A stretch of DNA of 64,000 bases, taken from assembly GCA_964016885.1 (NCBI GenBank), contig OZ024741.1, positions 53,196,001-53,260,000 of the forward strand. The letters are read 5' to 3'. Both the position numbers and the translations under genes were made by a program. Position 1 is the stretch's first letter, and each line of letters opens with the position of its first letter. Below are positions 1 through 12,446 of this stretch, in pieces. The notes beneath the pieces were generated by a model. That model was not told the origin of the DNA and searched no databases. It saw only the letters and a list, made by a program, of their open reading frames with translations. This DNA comes from Eledone cirrhosa (lineage: Eukaryota).

Positions 1-77
1 TTCAGATTCACACACCTATTGCAGCGGCTCTACCTCTCCTGTAAAAGTAACCCCTCTACCCTTTCGATATCCCTTAA
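1..77 (-). mobile_element. Tc1/mariner-derived remnant (transposase C-terminal codons), same family as 19791-19940
   Basis: Minus strand of 1-27 reads RCNRCVNL, like the mariner C-terminal RxxKCVxLxGEYVE motif; 17-75 is shared with 19885-19940. Confidence 0.4.
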
Positions 78-759
78 GCCAGGGATTTTTCAGCATCAGG
101 GTATATATATATATATATATACATACAGAAAGAGTGAGGCATACATACAGATAGATAGAAAAAGGGTAGTGAGAGAGAGAGATGGAGGGGGCGGGGGTGA
201 GAGAGTGAGAGAGAGTGAATCAGATGTCAGACCAGTCGACAACAAATAAAAAAACGTAGAAGATATTTAGTTGGATAGTTAGAAAGATGATGAGGTGGAC
301 TGAGTGAAATCTTAAGTAGTATTTCACTTCTTTTTATAGGTAACCTGAGAGACGACCTGACAGTATCGCTGTCTTAGAAATAGCAGTAAATTCTCCTTCA
401 GCTCTACCCCCATTCCATTTTCGGAAAATAAATCAACAGTGAGTTTGATGAAGATAAGATTAGTTGAAAACATACGATGAACCTTAATTATTATCAACTT
501 TATTTAGTGTTATTAGAGGGCAACCTTCAAACAAACTTCCTTTTCATAAGGATATAGACATATGTCATCAACCAGCAACAGTTACAACAATAACTCTAAT
601 TAAACACACACTCTAGCATACAGAGGCTCCTCAACAACAATCGTCAGATTACTATATGTCAGAACAAATAAATAATAATTTAAACACTACACATGCGCAC
701 TTGTACGTCGGCAAAACCCCTACATACATACAAATATAATGGTTTCTTATATAGACACA

Positions 760-952
760 ATGCCACCAATTTGGGGGGAGAGGAAGTCGATTAAATCGAC
801 CCCAGTGCGTGACTGGTACTTTATTTTATAGACCCCGTAAGGATGAAAGGCAAAGTTAACCTCGGCGTGATTTGAACTCAGATCATAAAGGGCCGTAACT
901 CTATGCTACAAAGCATGGTATCCGACCCTCTACCGATACTGCCAATCCACAT
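760..952 (-). mobile_element. tRNA-derived SINE (octopod-type family)
   Basis: Reverse complement has a GTGGATTGGCAGTATCGGTAGAG head, GAGTTCAAATC B-box and TTTGCCTTTCATCCTTACGGGGTC core; same family at 3871-4039, 10818-11036, 38297-38510, 42625-42697 and 63758-63897. Confidence 0.75.
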
Positions 953-1211
953 CCCTACATACAAATAAATCTAATAAGTGCCGTACACACAAATTCGCAC
1001 CCACAACTCCTCTACACACACGTATTTAACTCTGTAGCACTAGAACTCATCTAATAAAAATGTTTTGTAAGAAAATGTATATATACACACATACACATAC
1101 ACACACATGAATATATATATATATATACACATATATATATATAAACAATCACATTATAAACGTAAACATGTATGTATGTTTTTGAAACGGTGCGCGAGTT
1201 TGAAATTAGAA

Positions 1212-1331
1212 ATTAGAAATTATAAGCTTTCACCGTACGGCAACACTCATCTTTTTCCATTCTCCGAGGGTTATAAACCCCACTATCAGGCTAGAAATTT
1301 CTTTAGTCTAAAATACGGTGAAAGCTTATAA

Positions 1332-1339
<8 letters not shown>
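1212..1339. repeat. Perfect 26-bp inverted repeat with 76-bp spacer, abutting (TA)n
   Basis: ATTAGAAATTATAAGCTTTCACCGTA (1212-1237) / TACGGTGAAAGCTTATAATTTCTAAT (1314-1339). Confidence 0.85.
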
Positions 1340-1391
<52 letters not shown>

Positions 1392-1395
1392 ATAT

Positions 1396-1479
<84 letters not shown>

Positions 1480-1482
<3 letters not shown>

Positions 1483-1522
1483 CGTTATGGTCCACCTTGC
1501 TCCTTACCACACGTCCTTCGTT

Positions 1523-1556
<34 letters not shown>

Positions 1557-1649
1557 CGAAGGAAATGTGGTAAGGAACCAGGTGGGCCATAACACACCAG
1601 AATTAGCCGTCGAAACGGCTTGAGCTCAGCCGTCGGGGTCGTACTCGTT

Positions 1650-1652
<3 letters not shown>
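1480..1652. mobile_element. Fragments of a PLE-like terminal repeat: tail, inverted tail and 3' half of a hammerhead
   Basis: GAAA-CGGC-TTGAGCTCA-GCCG-TC-GGGGT at about 1612-1639; tail shared with 22280-22370 and 34210-34295. Confidence 0.55.
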
Positions 1653-1706
<54 letters not shown>

Positions 1707-1905
1707 TATATATACAATGTAAATATAATGTAAATAATAATAAAAAAGTGTATAATCTTTCAAACATTTAATAACTGTGTGTATATATATACGAAACAAA
1801 CAGTCCTTTTTTTACCACTGTATCACGTGTTAATTCCTCCCTCCGCCACTCGAGACTTTCTCACTTGCTACGAACGCGTCAAGAAACAGTTCTTTTTTCT
1901 GAAAG

Positions 1906-1998
1906 GTCTCTTGATAATCCGTATCAACCTGACAGTGATGATGCATTTTTATAGTGCAGATAATGTGACACACTGATCGGCGAAACTGTAGTCGGGAC
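1906..1998 (+). ncRNA. Degenerate type I hammerhead motif with long stem II
   Basis: Stem I GTCTC/GGGAC; core decayed to TTGATAA; GAAA 1982-1985; stem III ACT/AGT; GTC triplet 1991-1993. Confidence 0.45.
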
Positions 1999-2111
1999 TT
2001 TGAAGAAAACATAGGTATATTTTGGTCTATTATTTCCTCATATTTTGTAATCTGATGTATATATATATATATATAAATATAAATATATATATATATTTAT
2101 ATATATATATA

Positions 2112-3077
2112 TTCAAAGAACATGCCGAGTATTATGATGATGCACTTAGGAAAGCCGGTCACCTAGATAATATAGAGTATATAGTCAATGATCACCAAAA
2201 CACCCAAAATAAATCACATAGGAGTAGAAATAGCACAGAATCACCACCATACATACACTACCGCAATAGACACAATAATAGTCGCACACCACCAAACAGA
2301 AGGCGATGTAAGGAGTATATCTGGTACAACCCGGTCTATAACAAATCTATTAAAACCAATCTACCCTCAAAATTCTTTCGATTAGTTAGAAAACACTTTC
2401 CAACATCACATAAATATAATAAAATCTTAAACCCTAACACCATCCGACTTTCATATTCAACCGCCCCTAATATTGAACAACATATAAAAATGCTTAACGC
2501 AAAACGGTTGTATAAACGCCTTCCAACACATAACAATACACGTAAAACATTAGCTATAACATCACAAAACAACAAACAACATCCTGTCCTACATAAGCAA
2601 CCTCATCAACCCATCCATGGCAATACAACAACGCAAAATTGTAATTGCAACTGTGTCCAACCAGGAATGTGTCCGTTGAACAATCAGTGTCTTGAACGCA
2701 ACATCGTATACAAATGTACTATCGAATCGGATAGACAGAAGTGGTACTATGTGGGATCTACAGCCACCTCCTTTAAATCACGCCTTTATAGACATCGTTA
2801 TTCGATAAAACATGAAAACCAGCGTTATGTAACAACACTCGCAGACAAGGCTTGGCAGCTGCGTGAAAATAACCAACAATTTCACCTAAAATGGGATATA
2901 ATAGCGACTGCCCCCCCATATTCCAATGGACAGGAATTTTGTAGATTATGTAATGTAGAATTATTTTGTATTATGAAATCCAAAAACATTTTATTAAATA
3001 ACAGAATAGAGCGATCGTTATACTGTAACCATCGCTTAAAATCTACATTTTCATATTATAAATACTACCAGGATTGA
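2112..3077 (+). pseudogene. 5'-truncated Penelope-like element ORF: RT thumb, CxCx5C linker and GIY-YIG endonuclease
   Basis: IWYNP, HFP..HKY.KI.N.NTIRLSYS, CNCVQPGMCPLNNQCL, IVYKC..YYVGST..FKSRLYRH, CRLC..E, CNH; homologous to 30312-31200. The upstream part of the listed ORF is (TA)n. Confidence 0.9.
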
Positions 3078-3550
3078 ACGCCTGTCTCTATCCCCGTTTG
3101 ATTGTCAAAATAGATATGAACATTCTTTATTAGTCTTAATTCTATCAACTCTTCTATTATTTACCTTTTAATACAAACTGCTATAGATAAAATGAGATTT
3201 CTGATTTTTTGATTCAATTCCCTAGTGCAAATACCAGCTGACTACTAGCATTGATGTTATTTAGTAGCAATCGAAATCTCCCCCTTCCCCAATTGACACT
3301 TTATGATTAATACTACTGCACCAAATGACCAGCCCTGTCCACTGTCCAGTTGGTCAAGTAGAGATTAAAATCGGCACCCCCAAAATTCTTATTTAGATTT
3401 ACTCATGGTATTCTCATTAAAAACCCATTATATACTTGTTTAGCAGTAAATTATTTTACCATCTGTCATATTCTATCCCCTCTGTTCCTTCCTCTTTTAC
3501 TAATATAAATACTTCAATTTTTCTGATTTTATCCAGTTTATCCAAAATCT

Positions 3551-3659
3551 CTGAAGAAGTGACAACTGATTATACATTTGCTATCGAATACTTGCTAACA
3601 TTATATGATTACGCAAGCAGCGATACATAGGTATTCGGTCTGTTACAGAAACATATGTC
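3551..3659 (+). ncRNA. Hammerhead motif in the 3' region of the 2112-3077 PLE (long stem II, weak stem I)
   Basis: CTGAAGA 3551-3557; GTGACA/TGTTAC stem II base; GAAA 3648-3651; palindromic stem III ACATATGT; GTC; AATAAA follows. Confidence 0.5.
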
Positions 3660-3819
3660 AATACCTAATAAATTCCTTTTTTAACAAAAGCACTTTCATT
3701 TTATATTCATCCTTTCTACATTTCTCCGGAATATAATTTATACTCGTTGAGCAAACCTGCACGTACGCTGTTCATCTCTAACGTAACGATATATTATCAC
3801 TACATTATTGATAACCTGA

Positions 3820-3870
<51 letters not shown>

Positions 3871-3873
<3 letters not shown>

Positions 3874-4039
3874 ATAATTGTTTCTACTTTAGGCACAAGG
3901 CCAGCAATTACCCAGTGCATTACTGGTACTTTATTTTATCGACCCCGTAAGGATGAAAAATACGGGGTCGATATAATAAAGTACCAGTAATGCACTGGGT
4001 AATTGCTGGGCTTGTGCCTAAAGTAGAAACAATTATTGA
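3871..4039. mobile_element. Head-to-head fold-back of two SINE 3' ends inside (TA)n
   Basis: 79-bp arms 3871-3949 / 3961-4039, 11-nt spacer, about 2 mismatches; the arm matches the SINE 3' end at 63820-63895. Confidence 0.85.
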
Positions 4040-4239
4040 TATATATATATCAGAATTCATTGTCATGCGCAAGTATTGTTTTTTTTGCGGTAATTTACTT
4101 CCTCATTTTTTTAATCAGTTTGAGCACTTCTTTCAAACTGCTGGACTGGCAACCTGACAGATACCTCAGGCAAAGAGGATGATGATTATCGCTAAATACT
4201 GATGTTGGTTAGATTATCAATATTAGTATTATTGGGGCA

Positions 4240-4366
4240 CCCACTGATGAATTATAGGAGCCCACTTGAATATATATCTATTGATGGTATACAAGCTCCT
4301 ACATAAATTGGTATAATTTCACCCAAATTGTAGGAATCCTATAATGAAACGAGACGCCCGTCTGGG
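4240..4366 (+). ncRNA. Type I hammerhead ribozyme with intact core and branched 95-nt stem II domain
   Basis: Stem I CCCA/TGGG; CTGATGA 4244-4250; stem II base ATTATAGGA/TCCTATAAT (9 bp); GAAA 4346-4349; stem III ACG/CGT; GTC with predicted cleavage after 4362. Confidence 0.75.
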
Positions 4367-4642
4367 AAGAGATATATTAGATATTTCTCATATGAAATAA
4401 TACAGTCAATTTCCACGCATTACTTTTAGTTACCACCCCGAACGTATAATTGCGAATATAATCACTTATTTCCTAATGTTTGTTGAGTGAGTTGGAATTT
4501 GGCCGGAGTATCGCTAAAAAGCTTTCTCCGATATTGTATTTATTTATTTATATATATATATTTATATTTATATATATATATATACATCAGATTACAAAAT
4601 ATGAGGTAATAATAAACAAAAATATATATATCAATAATATTA

Positions 4643-5191
4643 ATCTTTTCTTCTTTACGGATCATAGCTACTGTCGCTCATAGAGTGGGATTGGCTCAGT
4701 GCACAGTCCTTCCTTACTTAAAAAAAAAAATCTTCACAAACAGGGTTTGCACGATATTATTAATTAATAATTATTAATATTGTTATATCGTGCAATGGCC
4801 GTACTCGATAACGACGGGACATCCATCATTTATGTATGTATTGAATATATGTTGGCTTAAAGTAAGTTGCTTCAACGCAGGTTTTATGACTATGAAAATA
4901 AGTCGAACAAGTTAGACTAGAAAGGTGAAATATAATGTCATTATGAAGGATACAACACTTCACCAAGTACTGAAATTACGACCTTAGAATAACGTCATGT
5001 GATTCAAACCCTTCTAATGAATATACATATATACAAACGCCACATATATTAACGTGCACGCATACACAAATACATACACACACACATACACAACACACTC
5101 ACACTTACACACACATCTATAATATATCTCTTTTGTTATCTATAATATATCTCTATAATATATCTCTTGTTTCGGATGTTTATTCGTTTTT

Positions 5192-5240
<49 letters not shown>
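4643..5240 (+). repeat. Local duplication of 12886-13195 + 18688-18930; carries the empty Gypsy target site
   Basis: GAAG-GATA-CAACACTTCACC at 4945-4964 has a single GATA; flanks nearly identical to those of the LTR element. Confidence 0.9.
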
Positions 5241-5284
<44 letters not shown>

Positions 5285-5328
5285 TACAATATATTAATAA
5301 ACGGAAACTATCTTTATAAAACCATATT

Positions 5329-5389
5329 TATTTTATTATATATATTTCAAGGGTACCAAAATATTGGTACGCACTCTTCAGATAAAATA
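5329..5389 (-). ncRNA. PLE-type minimal hammerhead ribozyme
   Basis: Minus: TATTTTAT-CTGAAGA-GTGCGTACCAA TATT TTGGTACCCTT-GAAA-TATATA-TA-ATAAAATA; 8-bp stem I, palindromic stem III. Confidence 0.75.
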
Positions 5390-5965
5390 CAAAAGTTGTT
5401 TTATTATTGCTATTATACTCCATAAGAAATGTTTTGAGTGCTTCTAACCTGTTATAAACTAAATTTGTCATTTCCTTATATATATATAAATATATATATA
5501 TAGTAGATTTTATAATTTGGTAATACAACAGTAAGTCGTTCAGAAAGTTAAAGCTCAAATTAGGGTTTATTCTATATACAGATTGGCGAAAGATATTTCA
5601 GAGGTGAATCCAGTTGGTATACTTCTGTTCATCTTAGATTTATTATCGCAGAGTATATATTAATAAAGAAAATAAATCACCGAAGTTCAACATTAATGTA
5701 TTAATTGTTGAACCTTGGTGATTTATTTTCTTTGTATGTATATATATATATATATGCTTGCGCGCAGGTTTGTGTGTGTGCGCGCGCGCATGTTTGTGTG
5801 TGCGTGTGTGCGATCGCATGTGTGTGTGTGTTTGTGTGTGTGTGGATGTGTGAATGTATGTATAAATGTATGTATATGGCTGACTGAACAAATGCGTGCC
5901 TTTTCCTTAAAAATATAATCTCTAATTCAACCCTCTCATTCTCCTATATGTCTCTAGTTCTTCTA

Positions 5966-6001
5966 TCTTCTGATGAAGGACTAGCGTCTCAAACGTTAAA
6001 A
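5966..6001 (+). ncRNA. Decayed minimal hammerhead (family of 58959-58994; further decayed copy near 10753-10790)
   Basis: TCTT-CTGATGA-AGGACTAGCGTCT-CAAA-CGTT; the GAAA is mutated. Confidence 0.5.
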
Positions 6002-8453
6002 CTCGTTTCCTTCTATATCAATCCTTAAACGAATGTATATCTTCATTGTACTCTATCATTTTGCTGTTTTGTTTTCCGTTTACTTTTCGTGTATATATAT
6101 AACAATATATATATATAAGGAAAGATAAATCGGTTATCGCATACTAAGGTTTTCATCGTGCAGCGAAGAATACATTTTTGAGAGTGAGAAACGTCTGAAA
6201 AGAAAAGAATGAATGAGCTTAACTTAAAAGGGAGCCAGAAAATGCAGTAATGCAGAAAAAAATGAGATTTGGTGGAGAAATCAGATTGAATAGAAAAAAG
6301 AATGAATTACTAAATAGAAAAGAATGTCGTCAAATCTTAAAAGCGGAGAGAGGAAAGTTAGATTTATTTTAAGACAAATCTCTACTGCTTTTAACAACCT
6401 TGATAAATTAATAAAATACGCAGTTGTTTGGTAAAGCTATAACTTACATTCTACGAACGCATGTTCTATAGTCAACCAAAAATAATAGAAAATATTGGAA
6501 AAATAAAATATGTTCTATCGTTGATGTAGGAACTAAATGATTAAAACAAGATGTTGGAAGATATTGAGAAAAAGTTATACTCTCGTTAACAAATAAATAT
6601 TGAATGAAAGAATGAAGAAATAATGGAGGATATTGAGAGAAATGAAGGAGACACCATGTTAATGTAGGTTGTATTAGGAAACATAAAATCAACATAATTT
6701 ACTGATTTTATGTTAAGGCCTACAACAGCTTGTTTATTTGTCCTTAAAAGCAAATTGGCAGAGTTATTAAAGCTTTTGATAGAATGCTTACTGATATTTG
6801 CTCCAGTTTTCTGATTTCAAATACCACTACGCTCAACTTTACTTTTCATTCTCGAATTAGTAGAGCGTAAGAAGCGAGAGTATTTGTTCTGGCTTTTATA
6901 TTTTAACTTCAAATACAACTGTGGCCTACTTGGGTGGAAGAATTTATGTCCTAGTTTAACACCAATGCTTGGTTCCTCATTAGTCCCTGAGGCCCTGAAA
7001 ATATCATGGCCATTGACATTTACTCCCTCACCAAGAAAAAGGAAAACAAATCGCAAAACAAAGCTAAATTATAGAATATATAGGGAAGTCGTTTTCTACC
7101 GTTAATCAAAAAAATATTAGACGGTATTGAGAGAAAATTATATTATCGTTAACGTAAAAATAGTAAATGATAGATATATTGGAAGATTTGATCTATCGTT
7201 AATATAAAATATTAAATGCCAAAATAAAGATATTGGAAGGTATTGACCGAAATGGAATTGACACCAGGTTAATGTCGATTGTGGAAAATAAACATAAAAT
7301 AACATAATTTGCTTTGTGGACCTGAATTATTTTCGGAATCTGATTATATTAAAGCATATATTAATATAGCTATTTGTCATAGATGGCAAGTTTGAGAACT
7401 TCTGTTAGAATGACTTCTTGTGTTTGTACCGTTGCTTTGTATTCTGATTTCAAATGTTGCCAAGCTCAACTTTGCTTCTCATTCTTGTCGATAAATTTAC
7501 TGCCAGTCTATTGGGGAAATTGTTTTTATACCGAAATCCTAATACATTATTTAGAAACAAATATATTGAGATTTCACTATGAAAACTGTCAAATATATCG
7601 CCGACAAGGGCTTTAGATTGTGTTCCTGCAAATACATTGCTAATATAATCCCTTAAATGATTTGTAACTTCTCTCTAACTGCAGTTGAAGCTTGTAGAGT
7701 TTCAAATCAAAGTGTATCAAGATTACAATATTACTAGAAAGAGATAGCATTGTCTTTATTCAATCAGCCTACCTAGTAAATAATAACTTGAGAGATGATA
7801 TACTGAATTTTGTACTAAAATTTGTAAAATGTTAAAAGTCCATTCCAGAAAAAGTAATTAAATACTAAAAATAAATTAATAAATATCATTTTTTTAATCT
7901 TTAATCACTCCCACGTGTGAGTAATTAAAGAGAGATATAAGGTTTCTCTAATGCAGACCATTAATTTAACGAAACGCAAATTTCCTAGCTTGTATGATCG
8001 TGCATATATCCAGTAATCCGGTTATATATGGCATACCAATATTCGATTCCAAAATTTAAACTCATTCAATAATATCCCTGTAATTATTGATGGCAAGTGT
8101 CTACCAGTACGTTAGAAACATTCAACGATACTAGAAGAAATTGACCAAGTTTAGAACACATTATAATATGACCTTGTGATCTAGAGTGACAACAGCGGCA
8201 ATAACATCATGAACATGATCTACGGTAGGATATTGAATTCAATATTAATAATACAGAGAGTAATTACCAATAGTAAGTATATATATATATAGTAATAATA
8301 ATAAATTTGAAGACTAAAATCCAAAGAGAGCTCGATAAGGATAAATATATGTCAGATATATAAGAACCGTAGAGCAAATATTTATTAAAATAACAGATTA
8401 AAAGGAAAAGAATGACTTTACTTGGTTGGTAGATCTACCAACTCATATTATTA

Positions 8454-9918
8454 TCTATATTAAGACTGAAGTTGTCTGTGTGTGTTTGTGTCCTAATTTT
8501 TGAAAAGTCTATACAAATCCACATTTCTATTCCGATTGATTTCAAACTTGCATTTATATATTCCGTGAGGTCTAAAGATATTAACTGCAGCTTTTATTTT
8601 TCAATTTTCTCTTGTTAAAGGGGTGTTAGGTTATCGATCGCCGTCGCGCCCTTATAATAGCAGCCTGTATGTCTGGCTGTTTGCATTACGACATCATAAC
8701 AAACATTGTTGCCATTGCTGCTCCGTTCATTGCCAGGGAACGTCTTCATGAACCTAAGTATCGTCTTCCTGTTTTCCTTCGGTTGCAACGTTTTTCAAAA
8801 TGCGTTCACAGATTGATTTTTTTTAGTTTCAGAAGATCCCGTTAAGGGTGAAAGGAGCGATTCTTTGCTTAAACTTTAATCTGTTATTTTAATATATAAT
8901 ATAAGCGAGGCAAGCCAGCACAGGTTAACAATTACACTTGAGAATACCTTTCCGACGGTTGGCTTATTTTTCAATCAGTAAGTGTTATTTACTAATTTTT
9001 TGGCTAACAATCCTGAGACATTCCCATTTAGCCCAGTTGCTTTAATATTTGTTTGCAATACTTCCTGAGACATAATCACTTACCCACGTTGCACACATTA
9101 TTATTGGTGTTAGTACCAGGCCATATGCCCCATTACGTACATAGATAGAAATAGTGTATCTTTTTAGAAAGCCCTCGCCAAAAAATATCCCTACACCTAT
9201 GTTAAAAATCACACGCTGGCGTTTAGCGGTAATTTCTATCTATCTTGGTACATAAGCGAGGAAAACCAGCCCGGGTTACCAATTACAGTTGAGATTATTA
9301 TTTCGATGATCGGATTATTTTTCAATCGGTAGGTGTCAGTTACTAATTTTTTGATAACATATCCTGAGATATTTCGACTAACTCTAGTAGATAGAAATAG
9401 TGGATCTTTTTGAAAACCCCCGCCAAAATATCCCCACACCTATGATAAAATCACGTACGCTGACGTTAAGCGGAAACATTTTTATTTTCTTTACCAATAA
9501 CAGCTAATAATAAATTCGTCACGTTGTCTGCTCAAGAGTGGGAAGCAAGACAAATCTCTTTGCATATGCCCGACACGGAAGAACAAGGAACGTTGTGTAC
9601 AAGGAGGTGCCACAATCATTGTTTAGGTAGACGTGGCAGAGGGGATATAAACGATTTGGCTGAAGAAGAACGAGACTGTGCTAGTAGTACGACCAACGGC
9701 TGCTATCATACCAGTGGCAGCAAAAACAACAAAAAAGAGAGGGAACGCAATTACATGGTTTTGAAAAATCTTAATGGAAAATTATTTGCCTGAGCATAAC
9801 ATATAGACACCATCTCCAAGCCAAGGTATTCCGTACTTCTCTGTACTGTTTCAGAAAGGAGGGATAAACATGGCAATCTATGTTTAGAAGCCCGAGCAAC
9901 GCCGGGCCATTCTGCTAG
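8454..9918 (+). mobile_element. Non-autonomous Helitron
   Basis: A|TCTATATTAAGACTGAAGTTGTCTGTGTG 5' end; 3' hairpin GCCCGAGCAACGCCGGGC (9890-9907) then CTAG|T; inserted between A and T; internal direct repeat about 8901-9230 / 9252-9475. Confidence 0.8.
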
Positions 9919-10023
9919 TAATATTATAAAATGAAATCAAATTATTTAGAAATACAAGTGAAGTCATTGTTTTCCTTTTTTTAAAATATGCCTAACTGTA
10001 CCAAGGGCATCACACATTTTCTA

Positions 10024-10083
<60 letters not shown>

Positions 10084-10129
10084 GAAGTAACAGGAGGCTG
10101 GACTGGTGTAAATCCTTGAAAGGTTTATT

Positions 10130-10187
10130 ATACTATGATCATTTCAATGACCGGGTTCCATATGAATCAGGTGATATCATCAGGTAT
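10130..10187 (-). ncRNA. PLE-type hammerhead (same family as 26151-26208 and 27923-27980)
   Basis: Minus: ATAC-CTGATGA-...-GAAA-TGATCA-TA-GTAT-AATAAA; palindromic stem III ATGATCAT. Confidence 0.65.
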
Positions 10188-10263
10188 TGGAATATAACAA
10201 AGGAATATTTAAAAAGCCATGGGTCCGAAAAACCATGGGTCCGCGAAACCAGATATATATATA

Positions 10264-10309
<46 letters not shown>

Positions 10310-10388
10310 CTTAATATTTGTTTAGTTAATATATATAATTCTCTAACCACTCAGCCACATGCCTTCGTATATATACATATGAGTATAT

Positions 10389-10600
10389 GAAGGCATGCGA
10401 CTAAGTGCAGAGAGAATTGCCTTCGCAATCGTGATGTCATGATGTCGATTCCCAGGCCGAGCGATGCGTTATGACCTTGAGCAAGACACATTATTTCACG
10501 TTCCTACTTCTGCCTGGATTTCTAACCGACAAATAGCAATTGGAAAAAAACCAATGGAGACATTGTTTCCTCGGTCCGATTTGACGAACTCCACCCCACT
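10389..10600 (+). mobile_element. tRNA-derived SINE, second family (decayed), preceded by an inverted copy of its head
   Basis: Aligns by eye with 24827-25040; 10337-10368 is the reverse complement of the head. Confidence 0.65.
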
Positions 10601-10817
10601 CGTTAACCGAATGAGGTCTGGGATCTTGTCGGTCGTCTGTCGATATATACGTGGTTCCTATTCTATCTACACTTTTTTCCTTTTTTATTTACTCCCGTCT
10701 TTCTTTCGTTTCTTCTTCTCTCTCAACATTCTTCTCTCCCACTTTATATCTTTCTTCCGATGAAAGACTAGCACCCAAAATGGTAAGACACTTTTCCAGC
10801 TTCATGAAGCACTAAAA

Positions 10818-11036
10818 TAATTGTTTCTACTTTAGGCACAAGGCAAACAATTTGGAGGAAGAGAAAATCGATTAAATCGACCCCAGTACATTACTGGTGC
10901 TTTATTTAAGGACCCCGTAAGAATGAATGTCAAAGCTAACCTCGACGGGATTTGAACTCAAAACGTAAAGGGCCATGACACAATGTTATGAAGCATGTTG
11001 TCTGGCATTCTATTGATACTGCCAATCTACCACCCT
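10818..11036 (-). mobile_element. tRNA-derived SINE (octopod-type family)
   Basis: Reverse complement of the family seen at 38297-38510. Confidence 0.75.
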
Positions 11037-11314
11037 CACGAAACATTAAAATCATATAGAATCACTGTATTGTATTATTTCCCTGCGTTGCTTTATCTTT
11101 TTGAATTTCCCTGTACACATTTATCCGTCTCTAGGAGGTTTATGCTCAACCTTTTCGTCTATATTTCATAGTAGTAAAAACAACGCAAAACAAAAATATC
11201 TTACGTTGAAGCAATTTACTTTAAGCCAACCTACATTAAAAATACATAATTTGCTTCACACTTCGTGAATACGAATGATTATTTGTTTACACACACACAC
11301 ACACATATATGCAC

Positions 11315-11395
<81 letters not shown>

Positions 11396-11931
11396 AGCGT
11401 GTGTGTATGTAGTTATATATATATAATATGTATAGAAATTTCATATTTCGTATATATATATATATAGTATATATTGAAGTAGCCAGCAACAATCAGAAAA
11501 CCATCAACCAAATACAGCAATGGAAGCATAGTCTAGTATGTGCCAAAAGCTAAATTTTGAATGTAGGGTTAAGAAGCGGATATGACGTAAAAATCGTGCC
11601 AATTCTGATTATCTATGATTGGCTGTGATTGGTTATGATTGGTTGTGATTAGCTGTTTTCACTGAAACTGAAACATAGAATATTATAATATTACCATAGA
11701 AGAAGACTCAATAACAATTCTATGTATGGAACTGGTACATATATGTTGCAATAGATTCATTGTATAGAATTATGAATGAATAAAATGGTGTAGAATGAAA
11801 GATTGAAGCATAGAACATAATAGATATATATGAGTATAATAGAGTATAAAACATACACGTATACAGATATGTACAAATATACGTTCACAAACACATGCGC
11901 ATACACACACACACATATATTCTGTATATAT

Positions 11932-11965
<34 letters not shown>

Positions 11966-12446
11966 ATTCAAAATAGGGTGGCAATATACCAGAGACTGGA
12001 AAGGTCAACTGAAAGACAGACATACCCATCACCTCAGTCAATCTCTGAAAACACTACGGTTTCGGTTCATTTAGGTTCATACCATATTGGGATGTAAAAA
12101 AACAGTTAGAGACAAAAATAAAGCAAGTTATACCTTTAGGCGAGTTATAGGTGAAAAAATGTAGATGAAAATATAGGAGGATATAATCTAGATAGAAAAG
12201 TATGCCAAGTCCATCTACTGACAAAGAAGGGAGAGAACTGAGCGTGAGGGCTTAGCCAAAAGAGTAAACATATAGATAGAAAAGAGAAGAGAATAATATG
12301 GACTGCAGTTCAATGTGTAGACAAAGAAGTATGGATCTGAGGCGTAGAACGTGTAAGAAGATAGAATAGAGGGAGATAGACCGGCCGGGTTGTGTGACGT
12401 CTATGCTATGATAGTTCCAAATATATGTATGTATGTATGTATGTAT

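Noticed and set aside
1240-1292. CTGATAG..GGAAA on the minus strand inside the 26-bp inverted repeat
   Set aside because: Core deviates and stems I/III cannot be formed.
6390-7530. Old degenerate tandem duplication of roughly 600-bp units
   Set aside because: Real but highly diverged, with no coding or structural signal identified.
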